DNA of 56,140 nucleotides from contig CAZKCT010000004.1 in assembly GCA_964551545.1 (NCBI GenBank), forward strand, positions 2,569 to 58,708, given 5' to 3'. The position numbers and the translations under genes were made by a program. This document shows positions 9,694 to 19,393 of this stretch, piece after piece. Each line of letters begins with the position of its first letter. The stretch's first letter is position 1. Below the pieces are notes generated by a model. The model was not told the origin of the DNA. It saw only the letters and a program-made list of their open reading frames with translations, and did no database searches. The DNA comes from an uncultured Piscirickettsiaceae bacterium. Its GTDB lineage: Bacteria > Pseudomonadota > Gammaproteobacteria > GCF-002020875.

Positions 9694-10386
9694 TCAGTCG
9701 TCACCGCCACCTGCAAAGGCCATCAGGATATGGAGCAGGCTGGTGAAGAGGTTATAGAGTGCAACATAGAGTGTCACCGTAGCGGCAATATAGTTGGTCT
9801 GGCCGCCGCGAACGATATTGCTGGTCTCCCACAGAATCAGGCCGCTGGAGAGCAGGGCAAACATGCCGGAGATTACCAGCATTCCCATGGGGAAGTGGAA
9901 GCCGAATAGTGAGGCACCGACCAACGCCAGAGAGGCGAAGAAGGCGATCATGATGCCGGACATCAGGAAGCCGGTCATGAAAGAGAAGTCCTTCTTGGTC
10001 GTCAGCACATAGCCAGACAATGCCAGGAAGATCAGGCCAGTCAGACCAAACGCAGTCGTGATGATCTGTTCACCGCCCTGCACGCCAGCATAGAAGCTCA
10101 GGGTTGGGCCAAGGCCATAGCCCAGCAGTGCAGTGAAGAGAAAGACTACGCCAATTCCGCTCGCCTTGTTCTCATGTCGAGGCATCACAAACCAGAGGAC
10201 AGCCAGTGCGGCAAAGGAGCTGACCATGCCGCCCATTGGAGAGGCGTTGGTGACCATTGCAAATGCAGCGACCATTGCAGTCCACAGTAGAGAGACAGAG
10301 AGCAACATATAGGTATTTTTCAGTACCTTATTGGTTGCAAGAATTGATTCCTGGCTTCTAGGGAGGGCTTGTTCCATTGGGTTCAT
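9694..10386 (-). CDS. yccA: Bax inhibitor-1/YccA family membrane protein
   Basis: NKVLKNTYMLL, TTKKDFSFM and GQTNYIAATVTLYVALYNLF motifs; about seven TM helices. Start moved to ATG 10386, which follows GAGGA. Confidence 0.9.
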   Translation of the reverse strand: MNPMEQALPRSQESILATNKVLKNTYMLLSVSLLWTAMVAAFAMVTNASPMGGMVSSFAALAVLWFVMPRHENKASGIGVVFLFTALLGYGLGPTLSFYAGVQGGEQIITTAFGLTGLIFLALSGYVLTTKKDFSFMTGFLMSGIMIAFFASLALVGASLFGFHFPMGMLVISGMFALLSSGLILWETSNIVRGGQTNYIAATVTLYVALYNLFTSLLHILMAFAGGGDD

Positions 10387-10527
10387 GATATTCCTCAAAA
10401 AAGTAGTCAATAGTGGTTCTATTAGAACATAAAACAGGGAATTGGTTCCGCTGTTTTGTCTGCTTCGATAGGGCTGTAGGATACGTAAAACAAGCCATTT
10501 TTCAAGCGTGAAATTGGGAGATTTAGG

Positions 10528-11868
10528 TTATGCCGCCTGCTCAACCGGATGCTGGCGAAGGTTGTCCTTCGCAGTACGAATCAGTTGGGTAATGGGGATG
10601 TTGGAGGGGCAGGCATAGCTGCAAGCACCGCACTCGACGCAATCCATTACATGGTATTCGGTAGTCTCTTCATAGCGGCGGTTGCGACTCAGTAGTGCCA
10701 GCCGTGAGGGGTTGAGGAAGTAGGGGCATGCCTCCAGGCAGCGTCCACAACGGATGCAGGTGTATTCGGGGGGGCGTGCGGTTTCGGTAGCGGTAAAGGC
10801 GAGGATGCCGGAGCTACCTTTCAGAATCGGCACATCGAGGCTGGCAATGGGGAAGCCCATCATCGGTCCGCCCATGATAATCTCTTGGGTCTGTTCATTG
10901 AGTCCGCCGCTGAAGCGTAGTACATCACGGACTGAAGTACCCAGTGGCACCAGTAGATTGGCTGGCTGGTCGACACCGGGGCCAGATACGGTGACGATGC
11001 GCTCAATCAGTGGGCTGCCGGTCTGGAATAGATCAGCGATGGCGACGATGGTGCCGACATTATTGACGGCGATGCCAATGTCACGCGGGAGCTGCCCTGC
11101 AGGAACCTCTTGGCTATAGACTGATTGGATCAGCATTTTCTCTGCACCCTGTGGGTACTTTACCTCCAGCGCGGCCACCTTGATCGGCAGGTCGGGCTGC
11201 TGGTTGAGATGTTGCTGAATGGCCTCGATCGCCTCCGGCTTGTTCTGCTCAATACCGATACAGGCTCGTTTGGCTCCCAATTTCTGGCGTAGGATCTCGG
11301 TTCCCTCAATGACAGTTTCGGGGCGTTCCACCATCAGCCGGTGATCATTGGTGAGGAAGGGCTCGCACTCCGCGCCATTGATCAGAAGATCATTGATCTG
11401 CACTCCATCGGGTAGGGAATATTTCACATGGCTGGGGAAGGCAGCCCCTCCCATGCCGACGATCCCCGCCTGTTGTACCACCTCGATAAAGGCCTCTAGC
11501 GAGAGTGTTTTCCAGGATTGCGGGGGGGGGGTCTCCAGTCGCTGGGTAGAGTAGGGATCAGCCTCAATCACAATCGCCTCTTTCAGTGCGCCATCGAGCG
11601 TACGCTGCGGACTGATTTCGACAACTGTTCCTGTCACTGGACTGTGCAGTGCGGTTGAGATGAAAGCGCCCGGATTGGCGATCAATTCGCCGCGCCGAAC
11701 CGTCTGCCCCTTCTTGACCACAGCAACGGCTGGGGCACCGATATGTTGCCCCAGAGGCATCACGTAGCGCTTGCCAAAAGGGACGCGCTGGATCGACAGC
11801 CCCTCGGTTTGTCCCTTGTGGTGTACTGGATGCACACCATGGGCAAAGCTGCGGGAGAAGAGGCCCAT
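10528..11868 (-). CDS. rnfC: RnfC/RsxC, NADH-binding flavin/FeS subunit (short form)
   Basis: QHIGAPA, GIVGMGGAAFPSHVK, NGAECEPFLT, KYPQGAEK, MGGPMMG, CIRCGRCLEACP and CVECGACSYACP. Confidence 0.93.
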   Translation of the reverse strand: MGLFSRSFAHGVHPVHHKGQTEGLSIQRVPFGKRYVMPLGQHIGAPAVAVVKKGQTVRRGELIANPGAFISTALHSPVTGTVVEISPQRTLDGALKEAIVIEADPYSTQRLETPPPQSWKTLSLEAFIEVVQQAGIVGMGGAAFPSHVKYSLPDGVQINDLLINGAECEPFLTNDHRLMVERPETVIEGTEILRQKLGAKRACIGIEQNKPEAIEAIQQHLNQQPDLPIKVAALEVKYPQGAEKMLIQSVYSQEVPAGQLPRDIGIAVNNVGTIVAIADLFQTGSPLIERIVTVSGPGVDQPANLLVPLGTSVRDVLRFSGGLNEQTQEIIMGGPMMGFPIASLDVPILKGSSGILAFTATETARPPEYTCIRCGRCLEACPYFLNPSRLALLSRNRRYEETTEYHVMDCVECGACSYACPSNIPITQLIRTAKDNLRQHPVEQAA

Positions 11869-11873
11869 CAGTG

Positions 11874-12746
11874 TTACTTCAGAAGTTCTGCCATGTGCTG
11901 CCCGATCTCGGCTGGAGAGCGGGAGACGGTGACCCCTGCTGCTTCTAGTGCAGCGATCTTGTCTTGCGCCGTCCCTTTGCCGCCTGAGATGACCGCACCA
12001 GCGTGGCCCATACGGCGCCCAGGAGGAGCAGTCACGCCAGCGATATAGGCAACGACTGGCTTGGTGACGTGCTCTTGGATAAAGGCTGCTGCCTCTTCCT
12101 CTTTGCTGCCACCAATCTCGCCAACCAGGATGATCCCTTTAGTCTGCTCATCGGCCTCAAACAGCTTGAGACAATCGATAAAATTCATGCCGTGGATGGG
12201 ATCACCACCGATGCCGATACAGGTGCTCTGTCCGAGCCCTGCGTTGGTGGTTTGGAAGACTGCCTCATAGGTGAGGGTGCCGGAGCGGGAGACGATGCCG
12301 ATTGACCCCTGCTGGTGAATGTTGCCGGGCATGATGCCGATCTTGCACTCGCCAGGGGTGATGATGCCGGGGCAGTTGGGGCCAATCAGGCGTGCCTCTG
12401 GGTACTCAGCCAGAAACGCCTTCACTTTGATCATGTCCTGAACCGGAATCCCTTCCGTGATGCATACAATGGTTGTGATGCCGGCATCGGCCGCTTCAAA
12501 GATTGCATCAGCCGCAAAGGCTGCAGGCACATAGATCATGGATGCATCAGCACCGGTAGACTCGACTGCATCAGCCACCGTATTGAAGACTGGGCGCTCA
12601 AGATGAGTCTGTCCCCCTTTGCCAGGGGTGACGCCGCCAACAATATTGGTGCCGTAGGCAATTGACTGCTCTGCGTGGAAGGTGCCCTGTTTGCCGGTGA
12701 AGCCTTGAACAATTACGCGGGTATCTTTGTTAATCAGTACGCTCAT
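11874..12746 (-). CDS. sucD: Succinyl-CoA synthetase alpha subunit
   Basis: [26 protein letters not shown] and RRMGHAGA (phospho-His). Confidence 0.96.
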   Translation of the reverse strand: MSVLINKDTRVIVQGFTGKQGTFHAEQSIAYGTNIVGGVTPGKGGQTHLERPVFNTVADAVESTGADASMIYVPAAFAADAIFEAADAGITTIVCITEGIPVQDMIKVKAFLAEYPEARLIGPNCPGIITPGECKIGIMPGNIHQQGSIGIVSRSGTLTYEAVFQTTNAGLGQSTCIGIGGDPIHGMNFIDCLKLFEADEQTKGIILVGEIGGSKEEEAAAFIQEHVTKPVVAYIAGVTAPPGRRMGHAGAVISGGKGTAQDKIAALEAAGVTVSRSPAEIGQHMAELLK

Positions 12747-12757
12747 TGTGACTCTCC

Positions 12758-13918
12758 TTATGCTGCAGAGGCGACTGCCTTCTGGGCAGCACCGGTCAAT
12801 GTATCTTCGACGACGACGTTGAGACCACTGCTCTTCAACATCTCCATCCCCTCTGCGGCATTGGTCCCCTCCAGTCGTACGATGACAGGAATGGATACAC
12901 CGACCTCCTTGATGGCGGTCATGATGCCCTTTGCAATCAGATCACAACGGACGATGCCGCCGAAGATGTTGACCAGAATGGCACGTACCTTGTTGTCACT
13001 CAGAATTAGCTTGAAAGCGGCTGCAACGCGTTCAGCGGTAGTGCCGCCACCGACGTCGAGGAAGTTGGCGGGATCACCACCGTGCAGCTTGATCAGATCC
13101 ATGGTCGCCATCGCCAGACCGGCACCGTTCACCATGCAGCCGATATTGCCGTCGAGGGTGATGTAGTTAAGCTCGTGCTGGCTCGCCTCCAGCTCTGCTG
13201 CATCCTCCTGTGAGGGGTCGTGCATCTCCTGCAGCTTGGGGTGGCGATAGAGGGCGTTGTCGTCAATATTGATCTTTGCATCGAGTGCCAGCAGTTCACC
13301 GTCACCCGTGACGACCAGCGGGTTAATCTCCACCAGACTAAAGTCGTTGTGGGTGAAGAGGCCGTGCAGTCCTTTGAGAATCTTGGTTAGCATGCCGATC
13401 TGTTTCCCTTCCAGACCGAGACCGAAGGCTAGCTGACGGCACTGGTAGGGCTGTAGCCCGGCAGCAGGGTGGGCATGTACGGTGAGGATCTTCTCGGGAG
13501 ACTCAGCAGCCACCTGTTCGATATCCATACCGCCAGCAGCAGAGGCCATGTAGACGATCTGCTCCTTATCACGATCCACCAGTGCACCGAGGTAGAACTC
13601 GCTCTTGATATCCAGTGTCTGTTCAATCAGCACCTTGTGGATTGGTAGGGCACGGCCGTGGGTCTGGTGCGTACTCAGGCTCCCACCCAGCATCTCATCG
13701 ACGATGGCTGCTAGCTCGTCCCCCTCTTTGGTGATCTTGACACCGCCCGCCTTGCCGCGGCCACCTGCATGAACCTGCGCCTTGGCGACCCAGCCGTCAC
13801 TGTCGATCTTTCTGGCGCTGCTGGCGACCTCACTAGACTGTTCCACAGTGATGCCTTGGGGGATGGGGATACCCGCACGCTCAAAGAGCTGTTTGGATTG
13901 ATACTCGTGGAGGTTCAT
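12758..13918 (-). CDS. sucC: Succinyl-CoA synthetase beta subunit
   Basis: [33 protein letters not shown] and [10 protein letters not shown]. Confidence 0.96.
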   Translation of the reverse strand: MNLHEYQSKQLFERAGIPIPQGITVEQSSEVASSARKIDSDGWVAKAQVHAGGRGKAGGVKITKEGDELAAIVDEMLGGSLSTHQTHGRALPIHKVLIEQTLDIKSEFYLGALVDRDKEQIVYMASAAGGMDIEQVAAESPEKILTVHAHPAAGLQPYQCRQLAFGLGLEGKQIGMLTKILKGLHGLFTHNDFSLVEINPLVVTGDGELLALDAKINIDDNALYRHPKLQEMHDPSQEDAAELEASQHELNYITLDGNIGCMVNGAGLAMATMDLIKLHGGDPANFLDVGGGTTAERVAAAFKLILSDNKVRAILVNIFGGIVRCDLIAKGIMTAIKEVGVSIPVIVRLEGTNAAEGMEMLKSSGLNVVVEDTLTGAAQKAVASAA

Positions 13919-14067
13919 GGGTGGTACTTCCTCTTGCTATTTTTTGTTGATCGACTTATCCGCTTGCAGCGTATTTGCTGCAGCTGGGCAAGTATATATT
14001 TTATGTAATAGGTCTATTTGTTGAATTTATGGATAGGTGCAATTAACTTTTTTAAATTTAGCCGATG

Positions 14068-17000
14068 CTAATGTGTGCTCTCTTTGTCCGTGTCTTGATA
14101 CTGATCTACTAGTGCAGAGAGGCGATCGGTAATACGACCGGTGACTTCGGACTCCAGTTGGTCGCGTAGTGTCTGCAGCTCCTGCTGGTGTGCCTGCTTG
14201 AGTGCATCGAGTTCGGCCTGATGGCTGGCGGCAACGCTTGCCTCGGCTGCTTGCTGCACTTGGCGGGTGAACGGTGTGACGGTTCCGGCCAGCTCCTGCA
14301 ACATCTGCCACTGCTCCAGTAACTGCCCTAGGCGGCGGGCGAATGAGGGGTCGATTGCCAGCTCAGTGCCATCTATATTACAGGTCGGTGTCTTGTTATT
14401 TTTCCCACGCTGATCGAGCTCGATCCACTGCTCCAGTGGCGTTGGCCCCTTGTGATTGTGCAGCGGGGTAAATAGTCCAGCAAAGCGTGACTCACCATGT
14501 GCCCATGCGGCAATGGAGAGGGTTTCAGTGGCGGCTTTCTCCAGGGTGATGCGAGTGCCAAAGACGCCAGCCTGATCCGGGTTGTAGCGGAACAGCGGGA
14601 AAGCGTGGCTCTCTACAGCGAGTCTTGCCTGGTGGACGGTTTGGTGGGTGTCGAAGCCGTGTCGTTGCGGGCTTGGGGCATGAATTCTCAATAGGGCAGG
14701 GCCACGATAGTGGAGTGCCTCCCGCATGGCATGGTTGAGATGGCCTGGGTCTGCGATGGAACTCTGTGCGACATAGGCATTACGTTGAGCAAGGGCAGAG
14801 AGCGCTAATTCGTTGCGGGCATCACTGTGGCGATGGCTGTTGCCGTGCAATCCCTCTTCGCCGGCAAAACCGAGGTCCATCTCGGCCAGTACGATCACCT
14901 TGATTGGTAGCTCACTGTTAAGTAGCCAAGTGAGTCCACCAGAAGCGGATGCCCCCAATGTCGTGTCATTGCCAATCAGTAGTAGAGGCGGACACTGTTG
15001 TTGCTCATCATCGCTCAAGTCACGCCAGATAAGGTGATCCAGCTCTTTGCGCTCTGCTTGTGGGCCGCCTTTGAGTAGGCTATTGGCTTGATGAATCAGG
15101 CGTTGGGTGGTGGTGGCCTGCTCTAGCTGTCCCTCCATCAATCCGGAGGCGAGAGCACCAATTTCGGCGGCGTTGCCGATGGTGACTGGAACCTGGAATG
15201 GATTAAGCGGGAAGTTTCCGGCCCAGGCTGCTGCAGTGCCTGATGCAAAGGCGAGACTATAGCGGGCGCGCCCCAGTGATTGGTCTCCGGAGGCGATTAG
15301 CTGTTGCTCTTGCTGGATTGCCTCAGCCAGCTCGATCCACTCCTTCAGCAGGAAGGCATCGACTCCCTCTCCTTCGATCTCGGCGGTCTTTTCGGCCAGT
15401 GTGGTGAGGGTGAGATTGCGGTTGGAGAGCTCTCCCAGCCCTTCGGCCAAGGCAGCGAGATCATCAATATGGGAGGCGACCGCCAACTGTTCACGAATGC
15501 CCTCCATCAGTCGCTGATAGAGCCCTTCCAGTGTCTGTAACTGCTGGTGTACCAGCGGCTGTTGGCGATATTCGGTAATTCCGAGCAGCTGACGCAGCAC
15601 CAGTTTTTCTCCGGAGCCTGGTTCTGCACGGTCTCCTCCAGCGATGGCCATTCCTGCATAACGGGAGAGCAGGGTGGCCTGGATTGCACCGATGCCTCCC
15701 TCATCGGAGAGTTCGATCAAACTGCTCGATGCGGTATCGGGTAGCTGCTCCCAGGTACGCCAGTTGCGGTAGTGAGTCTCTAGCAGCGTTGTGTTGGTGG
15801 TTGCAGGTTGTAGTGCAGCAGTTGCCTGCTTTTGCCGCTCGGCCTCTTGTTGGCAGAGTGTGGTACAGATTCCGCACCCTTTGCAGCTATCCGGGTTGAT
15901 GACCAGTGTCAGCAGTTCCCCTGCCTGCGCCTTACTGCGCTCATGGGTATTGAAAAGCTTTTCGGTCAGTACCAGTGGCATGGTACCGAGGTTTTCGCCC
16001 AACTGTTCGATGGCGGCATCAGCTGCCGCACGTCGGTCGGCAGCGAGCGGTGCTTGTTCCATCAGGATCTTCCACCCTTCCTGAATCAAGATGTTGCTAT
16101 CACCACTCTCTGTGATGGTGCTCAATACCTTGGTTAGGTTGGAGAGGTGGGGGCGTAGCGCATCGGCGCCGCCCATTCGCATCCCCGCCTCCAGCAGTTG
16201 CGTTGGTGTGAGGGCAGTGGCACCAATGGCGCTGTCGGGACAGTAGCTCCAGCAGTCACCGCAGCCGCTGCAGGATTGTGGATCGAGCTCAGGAAGCAGT
16301 GTCGCCTGTGAGGTGTGGCTGTTAAAGGTAGAGGAGAGAGGAGGGATATGGCCGGTTGCCAGGTAGGGATCAACCCCCTGCTGGGCCTCCATTCCATCGC
16401 GGTAGAGGACACCATTCTGATCCCAGAAGCGGGAGAGGCTGTGGTACCCCTGTGTGTTGCCCGCTTCGCCTTGTGTCAGATGGCGCACAGCCATCGGTGT
16501 CTGTGGCGCAGTGGCGCTCTCTATGGACTGTTCTGGAAGCGGTTTTGGCGAGAGTGGCTCGAGTGCACTCTGGAATCGCTCTTTCAGTTCATTGGGATGA
16601 TAGTTGTCGACCAGGCGATTCTCACGCAACTCAATGAAGGGCGTGGTCAGAATCAGGCTGAAGAAGTTGCCAATGCGTTGTGCGGTTGCTGCAGCGGCAT
16701 CTTCTAGGCTCTCTGTGTTGTAGTCAATCCAGTAGAGGGTGATGCCCAGTTTATGGAGTTGGGCCACGGTCTTGGTGGGTAGTTCGGCAAGATACTGTTC
16801 AGGGGCAAGTGTGCCTGGGTCAACCAGCAGGCGGGTACCGCTGTGCATGCGCGCCAGTGCTGGAATGCCTTGTTGTGGGGTGTGCTCAGTGAGCAGTGCA
16901 AGATCGATCGATTGTTCCGGATCAAGTGGGGCTGTCAGCGGGGTCGTGCTGTAGCTGAAGCAGTCGGTTTGGCTCTCCCCCCATGTCGACCAGTGGTTCT

Positions 17001-18531
17001 GTTGCTGGCTGCGCAGTTCACCCTCTATGGTCTGGTAGAGCTGTTGTGCGACCTGTGTGGAGAGTGTGCGAGCGGCGCCATTGGTGTGGAGAACCGCGAC
17101 GGTAACGGTTTCATCTCTTTGAGGGAGGGCGCTGCCCTTTCCGCGTAGATGGATCTTGTCGAGATCAGGGTAGTAGCGTTCCAGCAGGTCGTGCTGTGCC
17201 TGCTGCTTTGGGTTGCTATGGCGAGGCAGTGGGTCAATGCCCAGTCGGAGTGTGCTGGCGGGGCGAGTGGTGGGTATTTGGAATACTGCCTGCAGGTCGC
17301 GATTGTGCACGGGCAGGCCACCACTGCCATAGAGGACGGAGTGGACGCGGCAGCTAGGCGAGGCCAGGGCGGTGACTTGCTGATAGAGCGGTGGCTCGTC
17401 ATCGAAGAGCGGTTCGCTTTGATCCAGTACAGTGATCACATCCGCGCGCTGGATCAGCTTGCGCAGTGCGGGTGTGGGTGCTGGAGCAATTTGCTGGATA
17501 CCGACAATGGCCAGCTCGGAACCACGTTTCTGTTTGAGTTGCTGAATCAGTTGCTGGCAGCGTTCAGTGATAGCACCTTGGGTCACCACCAGGTGCCGAC
17601 TCTTGTACTCTCCTTGGTAGGAGAGCGGTCCATACTCTCGTCCAGTCAGCTCGCTAAATTGAGCAAAGGTCTGCTCCAGCAGTGGTGTAACCTGCTTGCC
17701 GAAAAATTGGGTGTGGGCAATTTCGCCCAATCCGAAGCTGTGTGCATCCTGATAAGCACCTTGCAGCGTGGGGTGGTCCAGGTTGTGCCAGCAGGGGATG
17801 CGGCGACGGCTCTCGCCAAACAGCATCTTCTGTGCTGAATCTTTCAGTGTGATGGTGTCACTGCAATTTCCCACCAGCTGCTGAATCAGTTGCGGAGAGG
17901 GAAGCTGCAATTTCTGCATGGAAAAGGCGGTCTCATCACCATCCATTGCCACGATCACAGGTACTAGTGTCTGTTCTGCCACTGCATGCGCAATCAGGGT
18001 AAAGTCGATTGCCTGCTGTCCATTCTGTGCAAAGAGCACGCATGCACCACTATTGCGGAGTTGATGCAGAGGCTGGTGGCTGCCTCCATGGCTCTCCCCT
18101 TGTAGGGGCTGGGCACGGTTGATGGTGTGGATCACCAGTGGCAGGTGTTGCCCGACAGCTCGTCGCACCAGGTCTTGTGCGGCGGCTAAATCGCTGGACC
18201 AGAGGCTGCAGGAGCTCCTTTTTCCGGCTAGCACCAGACCCATCGCGCCAGATAGAGCTGCGCGTGGACTCTCGCTTTCGAGTTGTAGTAACGGTTGGCC
18301 AAATAGATTGAGCTGCTGACGTTGTTGCTCACCACGCAAGGCAATGGCACCCTGTTCTGGCGGGAAACTGTCACCGGTTGCGGAGGCCTCGGAGAGGATC
18401 GCTTCTACGGTAGCGATCGCAACAGTACCCTCCAGCAGGGTGGTGATCCCATGCTCATCACTCTGTGGAGTGCGCTGCAGTCCTAGCAGTTGGCGATAGA
18501 GGCGGCTGGCGATTTCAGTGAAGCTGGGCAT
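14068..18531 (-). CDS. Large PFOR/NifJ-derived protein with degenerate catalytic motifs and two intact 4Fe-4S motifs
   Basis: Colinear with PFOR domains (NLFGQP, LPLVIHTINRA, AMDGDETAF, YGSGG, NAYVAQSS, FPLFRYNP). Keeps CSGCGDCWSYCP and CKGCGICTTLC. Lacks YPITP, CxxC-GE and GDG. Confidence 0.8.
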   Translation of the reverse strand: MPSFTEIASRLYRQLLGLQRTPQSDEHGITTLLEGTVAIATVEAILSEASATGDSFPPEQGAIALRGEQQRQQLNLFGQPLLQLESESPRAALSGAMGLVLAGKRSSCSLWSSDLAAAQDLVRRAVGQHLPLVIHTINRAQPLQGESHGGSHQPLHQLRNSGACVLFAQNGQQAIDFTLIAHAVAEQTLVPVIVAMDGDETAFSMQKLQLPSPQLIQQLVGNCSDTITLKDSAQKMLFGESRRRIPCWHNLDHPTLQGAYQDAHSFGLGEIAHTQFFGKQVTPLLEQTFAQFSELTGREYGPLSYQGEYKSRHLVVTQGAITERCQQLIQQLKQKRGSELAIVGIQQIAPAPTPALRKLIQRADVITVLDQSEPLFDDEPPLYQQVTALASPSCRVHSVLYGSGGLPVHNRDLQAVFQIPTTRPASTLRLGIDPLPRHSNPKQQAQHDLLERYYPDLDKIHLRGKGSALPQRDETVTVAVLHTNGAARTLSTQVAQQLYQTIEGELRSQQQNHWSTWGESQTDCFSYSTTPLTAPLDPEQSIDLALLTEHTPQQGIPALARMHSGTRLLVDPGTLAPEQYLAELPTKTVAQLHKLGITLYWIDYNTESLEDAAAATAQRIGNFFSLILTTPFIELRENRLVDNYHPNELKERFQSALEPLSPKPLPEQSIESATAPQTPMAVRHLTQGEAGNTQGYHSLSRFWDQNGVLYRDGMEAQQGVDPYLATGHIPPLSSTFNSHTSQATLLPELDPQSCSGCGDCWSYCPDSAIGATALTPTQLLEAGMRMGGADALRPHLSNLTKVLSTITESGDSNILIQEGWKILMEQAPLAADRRAAADAAIEQLGENLGTMPLVLTEKLFNTHERSKAQAGELLTLVINPDSCKGCGICTTLCQQEAERQKQATAALQPATTNTTLLETHYRNWRTWEQLPDTASSSLIELSDEGGIGAIQATLLSRYAGMAIAGGDRAEPGSGEKLVLRQLLGITEYRQQPLVHQQLQTLEGLYQRLMEGIREQLAVASHIDDLAALAEGLGELSNRNLTLTTLAEKTAEIEGEGVDAFLLKEWIELAEAIQQEQQLIASGDQSLGRARYSLAFASGTAAAWAGNFPLNPFQVPVTIGNAAEIGALASGLMEGQLEQATTTQRLIHQANSLLKGGPQAERKELDHLIWRDLSDDEQQQCPPLLLIGNDTTLGASASGGLTWLLNSELPIKVIVLAEMDLGFAGEEGLHGNSHRHSDARNELALSALAQRNAYVAQSSIADPGHLNHAMREALHYRGPALLRIHAPSPQRHGFDTHQTVHQARLAVESHAFPLFRYNPDQAGVFGTRITLEKAATETLSIAAWAHGESRFAGLFTPLHNHKGPTPLEQWIELDQRGKNNKTPTCNIDGTELAIDPSFARRLGQLLEQWQMLQELAGTVTPFTRQVQQAAEASVAASHQAELDALKQAHQQELQTLRDQLESEVTGRITDRLSALVDQYQDTDKESTH

Positions 18532-19378
18532 AACGTTTCTGACCCTCTGTCATGTTCCGGTTGTTTTCATTGAACTGCTCTCCATCGAGCCAGAGAATGG
18601 CTCCGGTGGGGCAGCGCCAGGTGGCTTTAGGATCAGCCTTGCTTCCGCTTTGATAGTTCAGCTCTGGAAGGTTGTTGACCATCTCGATCAGCCCTGTCGT
18701 GGCATCGGCAGCGCACTTGCCGCAGCCATCACAGGCGGAGCGGCAGAGCACGGTGATCGCCTCCCCCTCCAGTGGTGCATTGCACTGCACAAAGAGATGC
18801 TCATCCATCGAGTGAATCTGGAATAGGTCCTTGGGGCAGGCCACAACACAATCTTCACAGGCGGTGCACTTTTCGGTGTCCACGACGGGCAGGCCATTCG
18901 TGTTCATGTGGATGGCGTCAAAGGTACAGGCGATCTCGCAGTCGGCCAATCCGAGGCAACCCCAAGAGCAGCCTTTTCCTCCGCCCGATACCGTTGCCGC
19001 AGCGCGACAGCTCTCAAAGCCTTGGTATTCTGCAATCTGCCACGCCTCAGCCTTTCCGCCTGCGCAGTGGAGACGGGCTACTCGCTTGACCTGTTCGCCG
19101 GCATCAACACCCAAGAGATCAGCAATCTCCTCGATCTCCTCCTTGGGGGCAACGGTGCATTTGCTTGGCTCGATATTGCCAGCGATCAGCTCCTCGGCAA
19201 AGGCGCGGCATCCCGGCTCTCCACAAGCGCCGCAGTTGGTGCCGGGAAGCATTCCCTCGGTCTGGTCAATGCGCGGGTCTTCCTCCACCTTGAGCAGGCG
19301 ATAGGCCACGGCCAACACAACCCCAAAGAAGAGGCCAATGCCGGTCATGATGGCAGGGGAGGCGAGTGCGCTATTCAT
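18515..19378 (-). CDS. rnfB: RnfB/RsxB, membrane-anchored FeS subunit
   Basis: N-terminal TM helix, LPGTNCGACGEPGC, CSWGCLGLADCEIACTFDAI, CTACEDCVVACP and further Cys motifs. Confidence 0.92.
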   Translation of the reverse strand: MNSALASPAIMTGIGLFFGVVLAVAYRLLKVEEDPRIDQTEGMLPGTNCGACGEPGCRAFAEELIAGNIEPSKCTVAPKEEIEEIADLLGVDAGEQVKRVARLHCAGGKAEAWQIAEYQGFESCRAAATVSGGGKGCSWGCLGLADCEIACTFDAIHMNTNGLPVVDTEKCTACEDCVVACPKDLFQIHSMDEHLFVQCNAPLEGEAITVLCRSACDGCGKCAADATTGLIEMVNNLPELNYQSGSKADPKATWRCPTGAILWLDGEQFNENNRNMTEGQKRYAQLH

Positions 19379-19393
19379 CGCAGCAGGGAGTCT

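Noticed and set aside
11874-13918. SucCD as citryl-CoA synthetase, ATP-citrate lyase or malate thiokinase
   Set aside because: Lengths and motifs match ordinary proteobacterial SucCD and there is no citryl-CoA lyase domain; a phylogeny would be needed to claim otherwise.
14068-18531. Calling this gene a functional pyruvate:ferredoxin oxidoreductase (nifJ/por) or a pseudogene
   Set aside because: The TPP, substrate and proximal-cluster motifs are missing, so no por symbol is given. The frame is intact with preserved FeS motifs, so it is not called a pseudogene.
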